Origin: Octopus sinensis | Lineage: Eukaryota | Assembly: GCF_006345805.1 (NCBI RefSeq) | Contig: NC_043010.1 | Coordinates: 58,528,001 to 58,592,000, forward strand | Length of the DNA: 64,000 nucleotides | Reading direction: 5' to 3' | Part shown: in pieces, positions 8,640 to 20,879 of the stretch | How the letters are laid out: each line of letters begins with the position of its first letter | Numbering within the stretch: position 1 is the first letter of the stretch | Notes under the pieces: generated by a model | What the model saw: only the letters and a program-made list of their open reading frames with translations | Database searches by the model: none | What the model was told of the DNA's origin: nothing | Made by a program: the position numbers and the translations under genes

Positions 8640-10260
8640 TGTATATATATATATTTATGTGAGAAATTTAATCACCAAATGACTCTGTATCACAGCAAAC
8701 ATGTCTGCTGCTATTCACAATATACAACAATGTGTCTAACGAATGGCTATCATTATTAATATTATTATTATTATTTTCAACATTACTAATCCACACACAC
8801 CACAGAAAAAAAAGATCCACTTGCATTTCTATGTCTTGTTGTCTTCACTTTGACACTAAAATATATTTTCCACAACAAATTGCTCACACAATCCCTCAAA
8901 CAACCATGTCTGACATCAGAACGATATCTGCTACTCTGTGATTATAGATTCATTATGAAGACCTCCTTCGTTAAATCGTTTCTATAAATGCTTTTAGAAC
9001 ATCATTTATACATTGTGATATGATAAAATGAATAGAGAAATATTAAGTAAGAAATATTTCTGGCAATATAATGATATATTGTTAGAGTGTCTGCAGGAAA
9101 TCTACAAATGAAATAATCTGGCTAAAGAGAAGAGACGGAATGTTGTGAAGACAAAATGGAGATTTCCTATGAGAAATGAGATTTAGTGAGACAAACTTTG
9201 CATCTAATTTCACCTAACCAACAACATAGGAGACTAAAACAATAACAATTATTATAAACTCTATCAATATAGAACCAGAATATTTGTGAAATGACACTGG
9301 ATTATTAAATAATCTAATAATAATAATAATAATAATAGTTAGTATTTTGCCCAGTGAAGTTGTATGTTGTGAGTAAAACATTTGCTGATATTTGTGAGTG
9401 ATATAAGGGTGTTTCTCTGAATGTCCCTTTGGTTTTCTCTTGTCTCTTATATATTTTCACATGATATTAAAGAGGAAAGATGGGAAATGAAAGAAGATAG
9501 ATGCAGACTTACCTCCATTGTCTCATCCATAATCAGTGTGGCAGTGTGTGAGGGAGTGTCTAGTGGTGTGTCACTGTGTGTGTGTGTGTGTGTGTGGTAG
9601 TAGAGATGTGGATCTCAGGCTGTAACTACTGCTGCTGTTGTTTCTGCTGCTGTAGTCTGCTGCACACACACACACACACACTGCTTCTACACACATACTG
9701 CAGTGATGTGTGTGTGTCATAAGAGCTGTGTATAGACTGTGTACTGTGTAAATATACACAGTTTGTAGTTCTATGGTGTATAGTATAACAATGGAGTGTT
9801 GTGTAATGCTGGTGTGTTGTAACGACGTGTGATGTGTAGTAACTCTGTCGGTTGTGTTGGGAAACGAGTTAGTGTGTTGTTGTATATAGATATACAATAG
9901 AGGTTACGTTTATCATGTGTAGTTGTATATATATATATACACATAAGTATATATGCTTGTATTTATCTATCTGTCTAGCTAGCTATTTACATGTATATGA
10001 ATGTGTGTGTGTGTGTGTGTGTGTGCACATGCATATATAAATATAGAAGAGAAAGAAAGACAGGGAGAAATCGCGTGAAATTAGTGAGTGTGTATGTTTA
10101 AGAGTATCCAAGCTGCATAAATGTACTCAATACATAAAGTAGAGTGTAATTATTTTAGTCACACCTGCAGCTTTATGAGTCTTAACTTAAATTATTCTAA
10201 TGAATTATTTTAATTGTTTGAAAATCTGGAACATGGAATTGTGAGTTCAAATAAATGCAA
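8640..10260 (-). promoter_or_regulatory. Conserved promoter / exon 1 / intron 1 block of gene A
   Basis: Near-identical non-coding block repeated at ~20880-22520, ~34080-35750, ~47990-49790 and ~57170-58500, always at the same position in the unit. Confidence 0.65.
9513..9900 (-). other. Protocadherin A 5'-UTR exon 1 (5' end uncertain)
   Basis: Donor ACAATGGAG|GTAAGT at 9513, repeated in each unit. The TSS cannot be fixed from sequence. Confidence 0.6.
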
Positions 10261-10277
10261 CTTTAGCTGTGTATATA

Positions 10278-10348
<71 letters not shown>

Positions 10349-10734
10349 ATGCATTTATACATACATACATATATACACATGCACTTACATATATATACTA
10401 ATATGCCTATATGTATGTATGTATAAATGCTGTTTATTTTTATTTTGAACAGTTAATTAACACCTCATTAATGTCAAGATTAACCAGTAATTATGTTGGG
10501 GATATAATTAAATCCTGTTTGATTACCAGAAACTAATGAATGGTCTAGTAGATTAAAATGTCTTGTTTAACATGCAATATTTGTGTTTATATTAAGATAT
10601 ATGTAGTGATAAAAGGTGTGTGTGTGTGTGTGTGTGTATGACTCCATGAAATGTTCCACAATGATAAGATCTTGACTGAATATTGCAGAGTCTGTCAATG
10701 CAACAATATTTGCTTTTCTTGCAGAAATGTGGTT

Positions 10735-10758
10735 TTATTTTTTAATTCTTGTTGGTAA
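10735..10758 (-). CDS. Protocadherin B terminal coding micro-exon (LPTRIKK*)
   Basis: ttctttctccattccag|TTA CCA ACA AGA ATT AAA AAA TAA. Confidence 0.85.
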   Translation of the reverse strand, partial: LPTRIKK

Positions 10759-12073
10759 CTGGAATGGAGAAAGAAAGAGAGAAAGAGTTTAACAAAAATA
10801 CTGAATGAAATATGTTTGACCAAATCATCATCATCGTGTTATGTCCATTGTCCATGCAGGTATGAGTCGGATGGTTTGACCAGTTCTGGTTAGCTGGAAG
10901 GCTGCACCAGACTCCAGGTAACCAAATCTTCAGACTAATTTTCAGTTTGGAATTTGTCTAACACAAATTATGCCTGACCAAATGTATGTCATCTAGAATG
11001 ACTGAACAATGTAGGAAAGACATTATAACTGTCTAAATGTATGAGGGATATTATGTATGACCAAATGTATGGAATCATTAAGTCTGACAAATATGACAGC
11101 AATTATCTGAACAATGTATGACATATCATGCCTGATAAATGGTTGACTAACCTTTATGTCTAAACAATGTATGAATGGTATTATATGCTTGACCAGTTGT
11201 ATGATATCCAATCTACCTGACCAAATGTTTGACAATGGAGGCTGACTGTACAAATTGTGTTTGACACAACTGTGGATATTGTATTGATGTGGGTTATAGG
11301 GATGGGGGTGTATATGGTGGTCATTATTAGGGGTCACTAAAATCTTCTGGGCTCTGTTAGGGGACATCATAAGTCAAGGCTGTAAATGTTATTCTGTAAG
11401 TGATTTTGCCAGTCATCCTTACCGTTTCCATAGTTACAAAGATCAAACTGATTATACTGACAAACTACATTCATTAATAATACTGGATTCAGATTTTTGC
11501 ACAAGGCCAGCAATTTTATAGGAGGAGCTCAGTCAATTATATCGATCTGCTCAACTGATATTTATTTTTTCGAAGCTGAAAGAATGTAAAGTAAAGGTGA
11601 CCTCAGTGGAAATTGAACTCAGACTGTAAGAAAGACAACATACCACTAAGCATCATGCCAGGCATGCAAGTGATTCTGCTGGCTCACCTTCTTATTTTAA
11701 TTAATAACACTAATTAATAACATCCCCTACATTTATCCATCCATGACCAACATATTGGATCCTCTGAACATCAAACACTGCCATCACTGCATAAATATGT
11801 ATCCATTGGTCTCTCTCTCACCATCAGCAATTTAAGGTAACCAACCTCACGGCACCTGAAGATTCAGTTTGATACCTAAAGTCTACACTCTGGTCAGATT
11901 CTACCATTTCTCTTCTATGGACAACTACTGGAAATGAAAGTGGCCATGATGGTGGTTGGGTAGAGGATGTGATGTTGGTGGATGGGATAATAATGGTGAT
12001 ATTCTTAATTCAATACATACATCAACACACGTATACAAATGCATACATATATATGAAAATATATGTATATATA

Positions 12074-12106
<33 letters not shown>

Positions 12107-13002
12107 TGGCCTGCTTGCTTAGCCAGCGGGATGGCGTCATTCGAAGGCTAAAACAATGCGAACGCATTGTGACCAGCGATGTGTAACAACATCTGATGGT
12201 CTGGTTGATCACGTGATATATATATATATATTAAAACCAAAAGTTAAATTCTGCCTTGTTGATAGCTCGTTAGACCCTATGCAAAGTCAAATAATCAAAT
12301 TTTCTACCACACAGATATGAAGAAACGCTCGGATATTGAGACATATACACATGCATATGTATGTATATATATCTGTGTATAATTTTTTCTTGAAAAAAAA
12401 GAAATCCACCTAAAGTGACACAAAAGCCAAGTTTAGGTTTTAAAACTAAATATATGTCATTGGATCACTGTATCGATAAGATTATCAAAGGTTGCTACAC
12501 ATCACTAATCACAATGCACTTCAAATTCCTTTTTCATTGCACCATTCTTTACTATTTCCTCGTAAATTGCTTGACTAAACGAATCCACAAAATAATACAA
12601 AGCACGTCACCATCAACACTGATGCCACTGCCATCCCCACCTCCAACATCATCATCATCACTTGTCTGCTTTCCATGTTGACACGTGTAGGACATGACAA
12701 CATGGGAACTCACCAATGCACTTCCTATTTCATGATTCTTCCTCTGTTATTCAGATCAGAAAACCACATGTCTCTGAGACTTCTCAGTTTTTAGAATGGT
12801 CTCCATGGTTTGATGCCCTCCTTAAGGAATCACCTCAGGGTGTATTAGAAGAGTAATTATGTCTATGCAGCAGTCCAAAATCCTCTCCAAATCAAATCTC
12901 TACTTAATCATTCTGTCAAAATAGACTTGTAATGCCATCAACAGGAATGGTGTTGCCTGGAACCCTAAACATTGGAATGTCCCAACCATTGTATATCCTA
13001 AT

Positions 13003-13210
13003 ACTTTTCTGCTCTAGATACAAGGCCTGAAATTTTGGGGGAGGTTGAGGGCAGTCGATGAGATCGACCCAAATATGCAACTGGTACTTAATTTATCAAC
13101 CCTTAAAGGATGTAAGGCAATGACGACCTCCGAACATAGTGACAGACGAAATACCACTCAGCATTTTGCCCTGTGTGCTAGCATTTTTGCCAGCTCGCCG
13201 TCTTTATTGA
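13003..13210. mobile_element. Short interspersed element with 15-bp target-site duplication
   Basis: Flanked by attgtatatcctaat (12988-13002) and attgcatatcctaat (13211-13225); absent at the homologous site in C, D and E. Confidence 0.65.
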
Positions 13211-13393
13211 ATTGCATATCCTAATTGTCAATGGCAGTTGATAAAACAGCGATAATAGGAGAACAAATGGGGTCCAAACATGTTAATTACATACATTCAT
13301 TAAAATATAAGATATACATTAATTACAAAAGATATCTAGAGACTGATATGTCTGTTAGAGAATTAAGGAAGAATTTCATAATCTCATACTTAC

Positions 13394-15817
13394 CAATATT
13401 GTATTGGGTGGACTCTTCTCCAGGGTACCCACGTTTGACCAATCAATCTGAGACTCATACTGCGGGTAGAAATCTTCCTTACATTCCACAAATGGCATGT
13501 TTCTATTATTCATCTCTGAAGAGTACCTCACTGGGGTACCAGGAATACTGCTGCTCTGACACGGTAAAGGTTGATCAATTCTGTTACATATAGCTGACCT
13601 ATTAACACCTTTCCTAGTGCTCTTGGCAGAGCGAGACTGACCACTGCTACATTTCACAATACACAGTGTGATCGACACTACAATCACCACAGCTACTATT
13701 ACAGCTGCTACTACAAGGATAATCAATAATGGTACGTCCAGTGTTCTGTTCTTCTCTAAGTGGACAGTCGGCATCGGTGATGATGTCTTGTTAGTGACCC
13801 TTAATGACAAAGACACAGTAGTTGTGGCTGACAACACTGGGCTTCCAGAATCCTTGACCACAAGCACCAGTTCGTATGAGCCAGCATCGTTGAGATGAGG
13901 TGCACGCGAGAAAGACATTTGACCAGTTAAAGAGTTGAGTGTAAACAAGCGTTTATTGTTACCGTCAAGTATTCCATATTTGAGGAACGCATTTAAATGA
14001 CTGTCTCTGTCAGACGCTCTAATCACAGTGATGGCATTGGTACTTTGCGGGTGGTAGTGGACATTGATATGGAAAGGGTCAGTTGTAGGGTAGATGAAAT
14101 ACGGATTATTGTCGTTTCTGTCTAAAACCTCAACAACAACATTCGCTGTGTTATTCAACGACGGTTTACCATTGTCTTTGACAAAAACCTCAAACTTATA
14201 CATGTCTTCTTCTTCTCTGTCCAATGGTATGTTGCTGGTAATAAAACCATAATCACTCACCTGGAACGGTATGTTATTTCTGTCTTTACTCAACAGTGAG
14301 AACGTCAGTTGACCAGCACTTGCCAGGTCTGGGTCAGTGGCATTGATAAAACCTATAGGAAAGTTTGCTTTACCATTCTCATAGGTGAGGAAGTGGAATG
14401 TATCTTTGGTAAATTGCGGTTGCACATCATTCACATCCATTACTTGGATTGAGATCTTTCGCTCCGTCTTTAAAGCAGGGCTTCCATTGTCTTCACACAC
14501 AATTCTCATGTTAAAATGGTCTAATTTTTCTCTGTCAAGTGGTTTCTTCAGAGTAATCTTGTATTCCTTTGATCCTAAATGTGAGAGGACAACTTTATCA
14601 TGTTCTAATTTACAACTCACTTCTCCATTCGCTCCAAAATCATTGTCCACCACATTCACATAAGCAAGATAACTGCCCACTTTTGTCCCTTCGTAAATAG
14701 CTGCAGTGTCCTTCTTCAATTCAGACACAAAATTGATCCCTATTTTGGGGGGATGGTTCTTTTCATTGAGAATATTCACCCGTACAATGGCAAAGGAATT
14801 TAAAGAAGGATTCCCTCCATCTTTCGCCTCCACATACATCTTGAGAATATTCTTTGTTTGTGATGTTAATGGTTTTTCTACAAATAATTCCCCAGTTTGT
14901 TGGTTCAGTCTGAAATGACTTCTTGTACGTTCTGGTGTTTCTGGACTAAAAAAATAAGACACTTTACCATTATTGCCAGAATCTGGGTCTTTTGCAGACA
15001 ATGTCAAAATAGGGTTGTTGTTAGGATGTGTATTTTTGATGGAAATATTGTAAATATGTTGTGAAAAAACTGGTGAGTTATCATTCACATCAATTATTTT
15101 TATATGAACTTGTAAAATTCCTTCCTTTGAAGGTTGTCCTCCATCATTAGCTATCACTTCTAGATTGTAACTATCTTGTATTTCTCTGTCTAGTTTGTCT
15201 CCAAGAATAATTCCTATCTTTGCTCTTCCTGTGATGGTTTTCTTCACAGACAATATAAATGGATCGCTAAATTGTTTCTTCAATTTATATGTAATTTCAG
15301 AGTTTTCCATTCCAATATCTTTGTCAATGGCATCTGGAATTAATCCTTCAGCACCCTCCCCATCACGCTCACCAAATGTCAGATTTATCTCACTCTGAGG
15401 AAACTCAGGGCTGTGATCGTTAATGTCTTCTATAATTACTTTAATTTTAATAATTTTCAAAAATGTCTTCCTTCTATGTACAGCAACTTTGATGTATCTA
15501 ACACAATCTGATTCATATGTACACAGTTTCTCAGCATCCAATGTTTGAGCCGTGTACAATTTACCATCTTGCGTGACATTGAATAAATGTGAATTCTCTG
15601 TCCATTGCTGTTGCATTTGGTTGTATGTGATGAAGTTATTTCCCACAAGAGAGTCCGTTTCTTCCATCTGTGTGTCAGCAGCAATATCCCCAACAAAAGT
15701 AAAGGGACTGCTTTCTTCTTCTACATGATAGCTCAGATCTACACAGACACAACTGTGTAGTAATAGATTGAGGACATTTGCAAGTAAGTATGTATTCCAC
15801 ACACAGCCTACTTCCAT
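13394..15817 (-). CDS. PCDH: Protocadherin B, large coding exon (6 EC, TM)
   Basis: Intact ORF 13376..15820; acceptor gives exon start 15850, donor at 13394; 2457-nt exon, same size as A and D. Confidence 0.95.
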
Positions 15818-16645
15818 CACAGAATGTTAAATCATATCTCGTGGTTTTATCTGAAATTAAAGAAGAAAATAGAATATTGTTATTGAAAAATTTCACTGAA
15901 AGTTTGAGGTTTTGGAAAGAATCTTTTGTTGAAGTTCATTAAAGTTTTAAATTACTTCTTTGAAAATGTAACTACACATACAATGTTGTTAAAAATTTCT
16001 TATGAAATCAAAAGAAAGGTATATAGATGCTATGGGTGAAATATTCTAATTGTGTATATAAAAACAAACATCTTCTCTTTCAAGTCTGGCAACCGTTGGA
16101 CCACTGGAATGTTGATTGTACCACTCAGATATATAATAACAATCTCTTTGAAATTTTACGGCTTTCAGATTATCTTTCGTATCATGATTTACTGAATCTT
16201 TGCTCACTCGACATTGTTGACGATGGAAACATGCGGTGATACTTGGGAATACAATTGACATGTCACATGGCTTTTAGGTTCCTTCAGGAATTCATGAAGT
16301 TGTACCAATGTAGTGTAGAATGAATATTATGATTATAATTAATAACTCGTTTGGAGCTTCAGAATGGTTAAAACAGAAAAACATCCCTTGGTGGTTCATC
16401 CACTAATGTGGAATTGCCTGAAGACATGAATCCATGAAGATGATCAACCACATAGCCAAGGACACTATGGACTACACTGAAATCATCCCTGGAATACGGA
16501 CCGTGATCTTAAAAGTCATGCGATTCATGGAAATACACATAACGATGCATTAAATATTTTAAAGTTTCATCCTAGGAATTGCATGTATCTATATATGAAT
16601 GTATTTATGTACATATGTATATATCTATATATGTATGTGTGTGTG

Positions 16646-16681
<36 letters not shown>

Positions 16682-17559
16682 TTATGTATGTATATATCCG
16701 TCTATCTTTGTAGCTATGTATTAGTCTCTCTATCATCCAATTATATGCAAACAAATTTTGTTTTGTCTATCTCTGTCTCTATATATTTCTCTGCCTAATT
16801 CTGTGTCAGTCTCTCTATCTAGGTATCTGTCTGCCTGCCGGCTTTTAATAACTGATAGTAATTATTCCTAATTTACAATATGTTTTGATGTGTTTGTTTA
16901 TTCTACTTGGAGATAGCATTAAGGAATAAGGAAGTGAAATTTCTGGAAAAACATTTGGTAGAATTAGGTTTCTCATAAATTTAGAACCCATATATATGAA
17001 GAGTGATGTACGCCACCTTTTGGGGTCCTGAAAGAATTAGGAAATACTTATAAGAAGAATAGATATTTCTCTGGGAATATCTTTAAGATACCAAAAATTG
17101 TTTGATGATATTAACGGGAGATAACTGCCTATGTACTGTATAATGATCTCCCTTAATTTAACATGGATTCTTTTAATTTCTTGTCTGCATTTCACATTAT
17201 CTTCAAAATATAGATTTGTTTTATCTCTAAATACTCTCAAAACAATCCATTAATTGACATAACTGTACTTAGTTGACTCAAGATACAACCATTATGACCA
17301 TAGTTATACAAATGTATATACATATATGCAAGTATATATATATATATATATATATAGAAAGAGAGAGAGAGAGAGAGAGATATTTATATTAATGCACTTC
17401 GGTTTCTTTCATCCTTGTCTCCCACACTGTTTCTGTATGTATTTATATATATATGTGTGTGTGTATGCATGTATATACGTATGTATGTATAGTGGAAGCA
17501 ACATACCACATTCCCAGATGATGTTATTAAAAAAAGTATCTACATTTTCTATTGTAAAG

Positions 17560-19113
17560 TGCTCATGAAAGGCACATATATTATACTTATATTGGTCGGT
17601 ATACCAGAAACAGACGATGTATGATATGTTTCCTGACTACTTGAAGGTCATACTAATATCAACATGTAAAGCAGACACTCTTTGACTCTTGGCTACTGCA
17701 AAACATCAGACATCCCAGGCTTTGCATTAACAATCCAAGTTTGCTACAAAATATCTTAGACACAAAAGAGGCAGGGAAGCACTTGCAGCCCCAAGATGCA
17801 ACAGGAGATGAATATCATTTGAGTTACACTTTCACTGGAAACATGACACACACAATCAGCAGCTACCCCTAAATATTATCATCCCTGTCTCCCAATATGA
17901 CAGCATCCAAAAAGAAGACAGTTCTGAGATGGATATAGAGAATCTTACCTGTTATTGAACTCATACATAAACCTCATTGGAAGGAATATTGGTGGAACTT
18001 TACCATCGAAACTGGTACCGAGTTCAAGCACAACAAACTGGATATAATTGTTTAGGACAGAAATGCATGTAGTGTCAAAGTGTCAACTGCCCTCCACATG
18101 TGAACATCTCTTTGGAAATCAAAGAAAAACAGGATGACTGTGGACAACTGGTTTGAAATCTCTGACTTGTAAACCCTGATACCTGTTTCTCCATTGGGTA
18201 CAACAGTAAGGGTTCCAGCTGATCCAATCAAGAGAACAGCCCGTCCAGGATGTTAATGTGCAAATGGCTGAGCGTTCCACAGACATGCATACTCTTAACG
18301 TAGTTCTCAGGGAGATTCAGTGTGATACAGAATGTAACAAGGGTGGCCCTTTCAAGAGTAGGCACAACTCATTTTTGCCAGTGGAGTGAACTGGTGCAAA
18401 GTGAAATAAAGTATCTTGCTCAAGGACACTAGGTTCTGCCAGGAATTGAACTCACAGCCTTTCAATCATGAACCAAATACCCAAGCCACTAAGCCACATG
18501 TCTTCACACTATATATCCAGATTATAAATCTATGTTTCTACCAATAACAACTGGTTCCCCTGGTTTTGTGAGTAAATTGCCACGGGGGAAAATTTGGATA
18601 AGCTAAGGTTCTAAGGAAAAGAAGTGAAGCAGGCAACAGCTACATCACAAATACACTCTGTAAGTGGAATAGTAAAAGCAATGCAAGACTTTTCTCAAGT
18701 CCAAGATATGAATTTGCTTTTCTTATTTACAGAACAGTGAAGGAGCTTTGTATTTCTGTTAGGAAACAGATCCAGCTTTACAGAATGACTTCAAATAGGT
18801 AACAATAGAAGAGGAACACACACACACACTCTCATTCTCTCTCACTCACACACACAACATACAGACACACACATATTTACATACATACATACATACTGAA
18901 CTATTGAGAAATCTGCAGTTACTCTATCCAGATTACAAGTTTATACCTGTAATTATTGGGGCCCTAGGATATGTAACACACTGCCTAAATACCAATCTTG
19001 AGAAATTAGGCTTCTCAAAACCAGAAAGGAGAGAGCTAATTCGAAGACTACAGATCCAATCCAACAGTGGAACTGTAAAAATCTGTAAAACTTTCCTGAA
19101 GTTTATCATTTAA
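17560..19113 (+). mobile_element. RLE-type LINE relic interrupted by a SINE
   Basis: Degenerate zinc-knuckle/RLE-like segments at ~17560-18190, plus LRNLQLLYPDYKFIPVIIGALG...GTVKICKTFLKF at 18904-19113. Confidence 0.6.
18230..18505 (-). mobile_element. tRNA-derived SINE
   Basis: Minus strand shows A-box-like TGGCTTAGTGG and B-box-like GAGTTCAATTCC. Confidence 0.6.
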
Positions 19114-19169
19114 ATATATATGAGCATGTCTAGATATGTGACTATATGCATGAGAAGACGTACATGCAT

Positions 19170-19213
<44 letters not shown>

Positions 19214-20195
19214 AAAATACCCAGTTCTTGATTTTGAAATTCCAATGAAGGAGCTGTGGATCTAGGTTAGAAACCAGTTCTTTTTCTATTTGCAAGATAT
19301 CATCAGATAAAACTGAATAATGACATATATGCATACATACATGTGCTAATACATACATACATATATATATATACACACACATACATTCACAAACACATGC
19401 ATATAAATATATACATAAACATATACTTACATTCATAATTCATACATACATTTATAGTTGTGTGTGTGTGTGGTGTGTACCTCCCTATGTATCTCATACA
19501 CTTCCATTTGAAAGAAGTTAAATCTGATGCTTGATTCTAGAGAAAGATACCTATATCCCTGTCAGGTGAGAGACAAACCATATGTCTTGGATTAAAGAAC
19601 CAGAAAGTGTTAATATTCGGATTATCTTAATCCTAGCCAATAAAACTTACACATTTCCTTAACGATATCTTTAATGTACTGTTGAAAAAATTTCTTTCAA
19701 GCTGAAATTTGTTTTGTCTTTCTTTTGCAAACATTTTCATTACATTCATCCAGACATGAATTTACCAATATTTAGACTGACATACTCTGTGTGTCTTTAG
19801 TGCCACTTCTACATTCTACCAATATTTTAGTTCTTCATATTGAGCTAAAAATTATAAGGGGACCTCATTGTTGTACTAATAAACATTCATGTTCATTTGC
19901 AAATTTTTGCCAAATCTCAAAGAAATTTTCTCAAATATTAAATAATGTCTGTTTGTGCATCATTTCATGATTCGGTGTGAAATATGTCTAAATATCACAC
20001 TAAAAGATAAATGCAATGTATGAAATATGTGTTAATGTACTAAGAACAGCTAAAATTAATCATTCTAGCTATCAAAGGAAAATTAAGATTTCATTGCAGA
20101 AAATAAACACATTTAAAACTATTTAAGAATCAATGATTAAAAATTCAATACAATTTCTCAGTAAAATTCTCTCCAGAAGTAAGACAAAAACTTAC

Positions 20196-20363
20196 CAAAA
20201 GTAGGAATGCTTCAACATCCAAAGTTAAAGACAGGATTTCTTCAAGTTAATAACTTAAAGTCATCCCATTTTGGTGAGTACAGAAAAATCTGTCAGTTGT
20301 CCCTGTATCCAATAGCAACAGAGTTGGGCTTCAGTGTGTTGGTCCCTTCCAATAGGAGTGACA
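20196..20363 (-). other. Protocadherin B 5'-UTR exon 2
   Basis: Homologous to 7988..8158, with ttttag| acceptor and |GTAAGT donor. Confidence 0.7.
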
Positions 20364-20879
20364 CTAAAATATATTGAAAGATAACAACAATATTATATTC
20401 CATGCTGAAGACGTAAGAGAGAGAGAGAGAGAGTGAACAAGAGACAGACAGACAGACAGAAAGAGAGTGAACAGCAAAAGATTTATAACAATTCTCATCT
20501 ACCAAAATATTTAGATGAGGGATGAATGAGGTGGATTTTAAATCTTATATATACTGTTGGATGTATATATATATATATATATATGAATATATTCATATAT
20601 GGGTTTCATTGATGTAGCCATGGAGAAAATAGTATATACACTCAGTACACAGCATATACACAGTAAATACACAGTCAGTGTTATAAAATATTCGTAAATA
20701 TATACTGTTAAGTACACAGTGTTCTATGCAAACTATTTTATTATATAATAATCAAATTATAGCCATGTTTAGAAACATATACACTAGTGATCATACGCTA
20801 AACTAACAATATACAAAGGATAGTTCATGCTGAAATGTTAATATATACACTGAACAATATCTTAATCTATAAATACCAA

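Noticed and set aside
8732-8941. Plus-strand ORF MSNEWLSLLILLLLF.. as a conserved antisense micropeptide
   Set aside because: It starts at GTG and is interrupted by an early TGA in copies B, C and E, so it is not conserved as an ORF.
9513-10260. Vertebrate-type CSE/CTCF motif in the promoter blocks
   Set aside because: No convincing CCASYAGRKGGC-like or CGCT-box match by eye; a PWM scan would be needed.
18410-18505. tRNA gene candidates (also 23620-23685 and ~30020)
   Set aside because: They have A/B-box-like motifs but no full cloverleaf and continue into repeat bodies; these are SINE heads.
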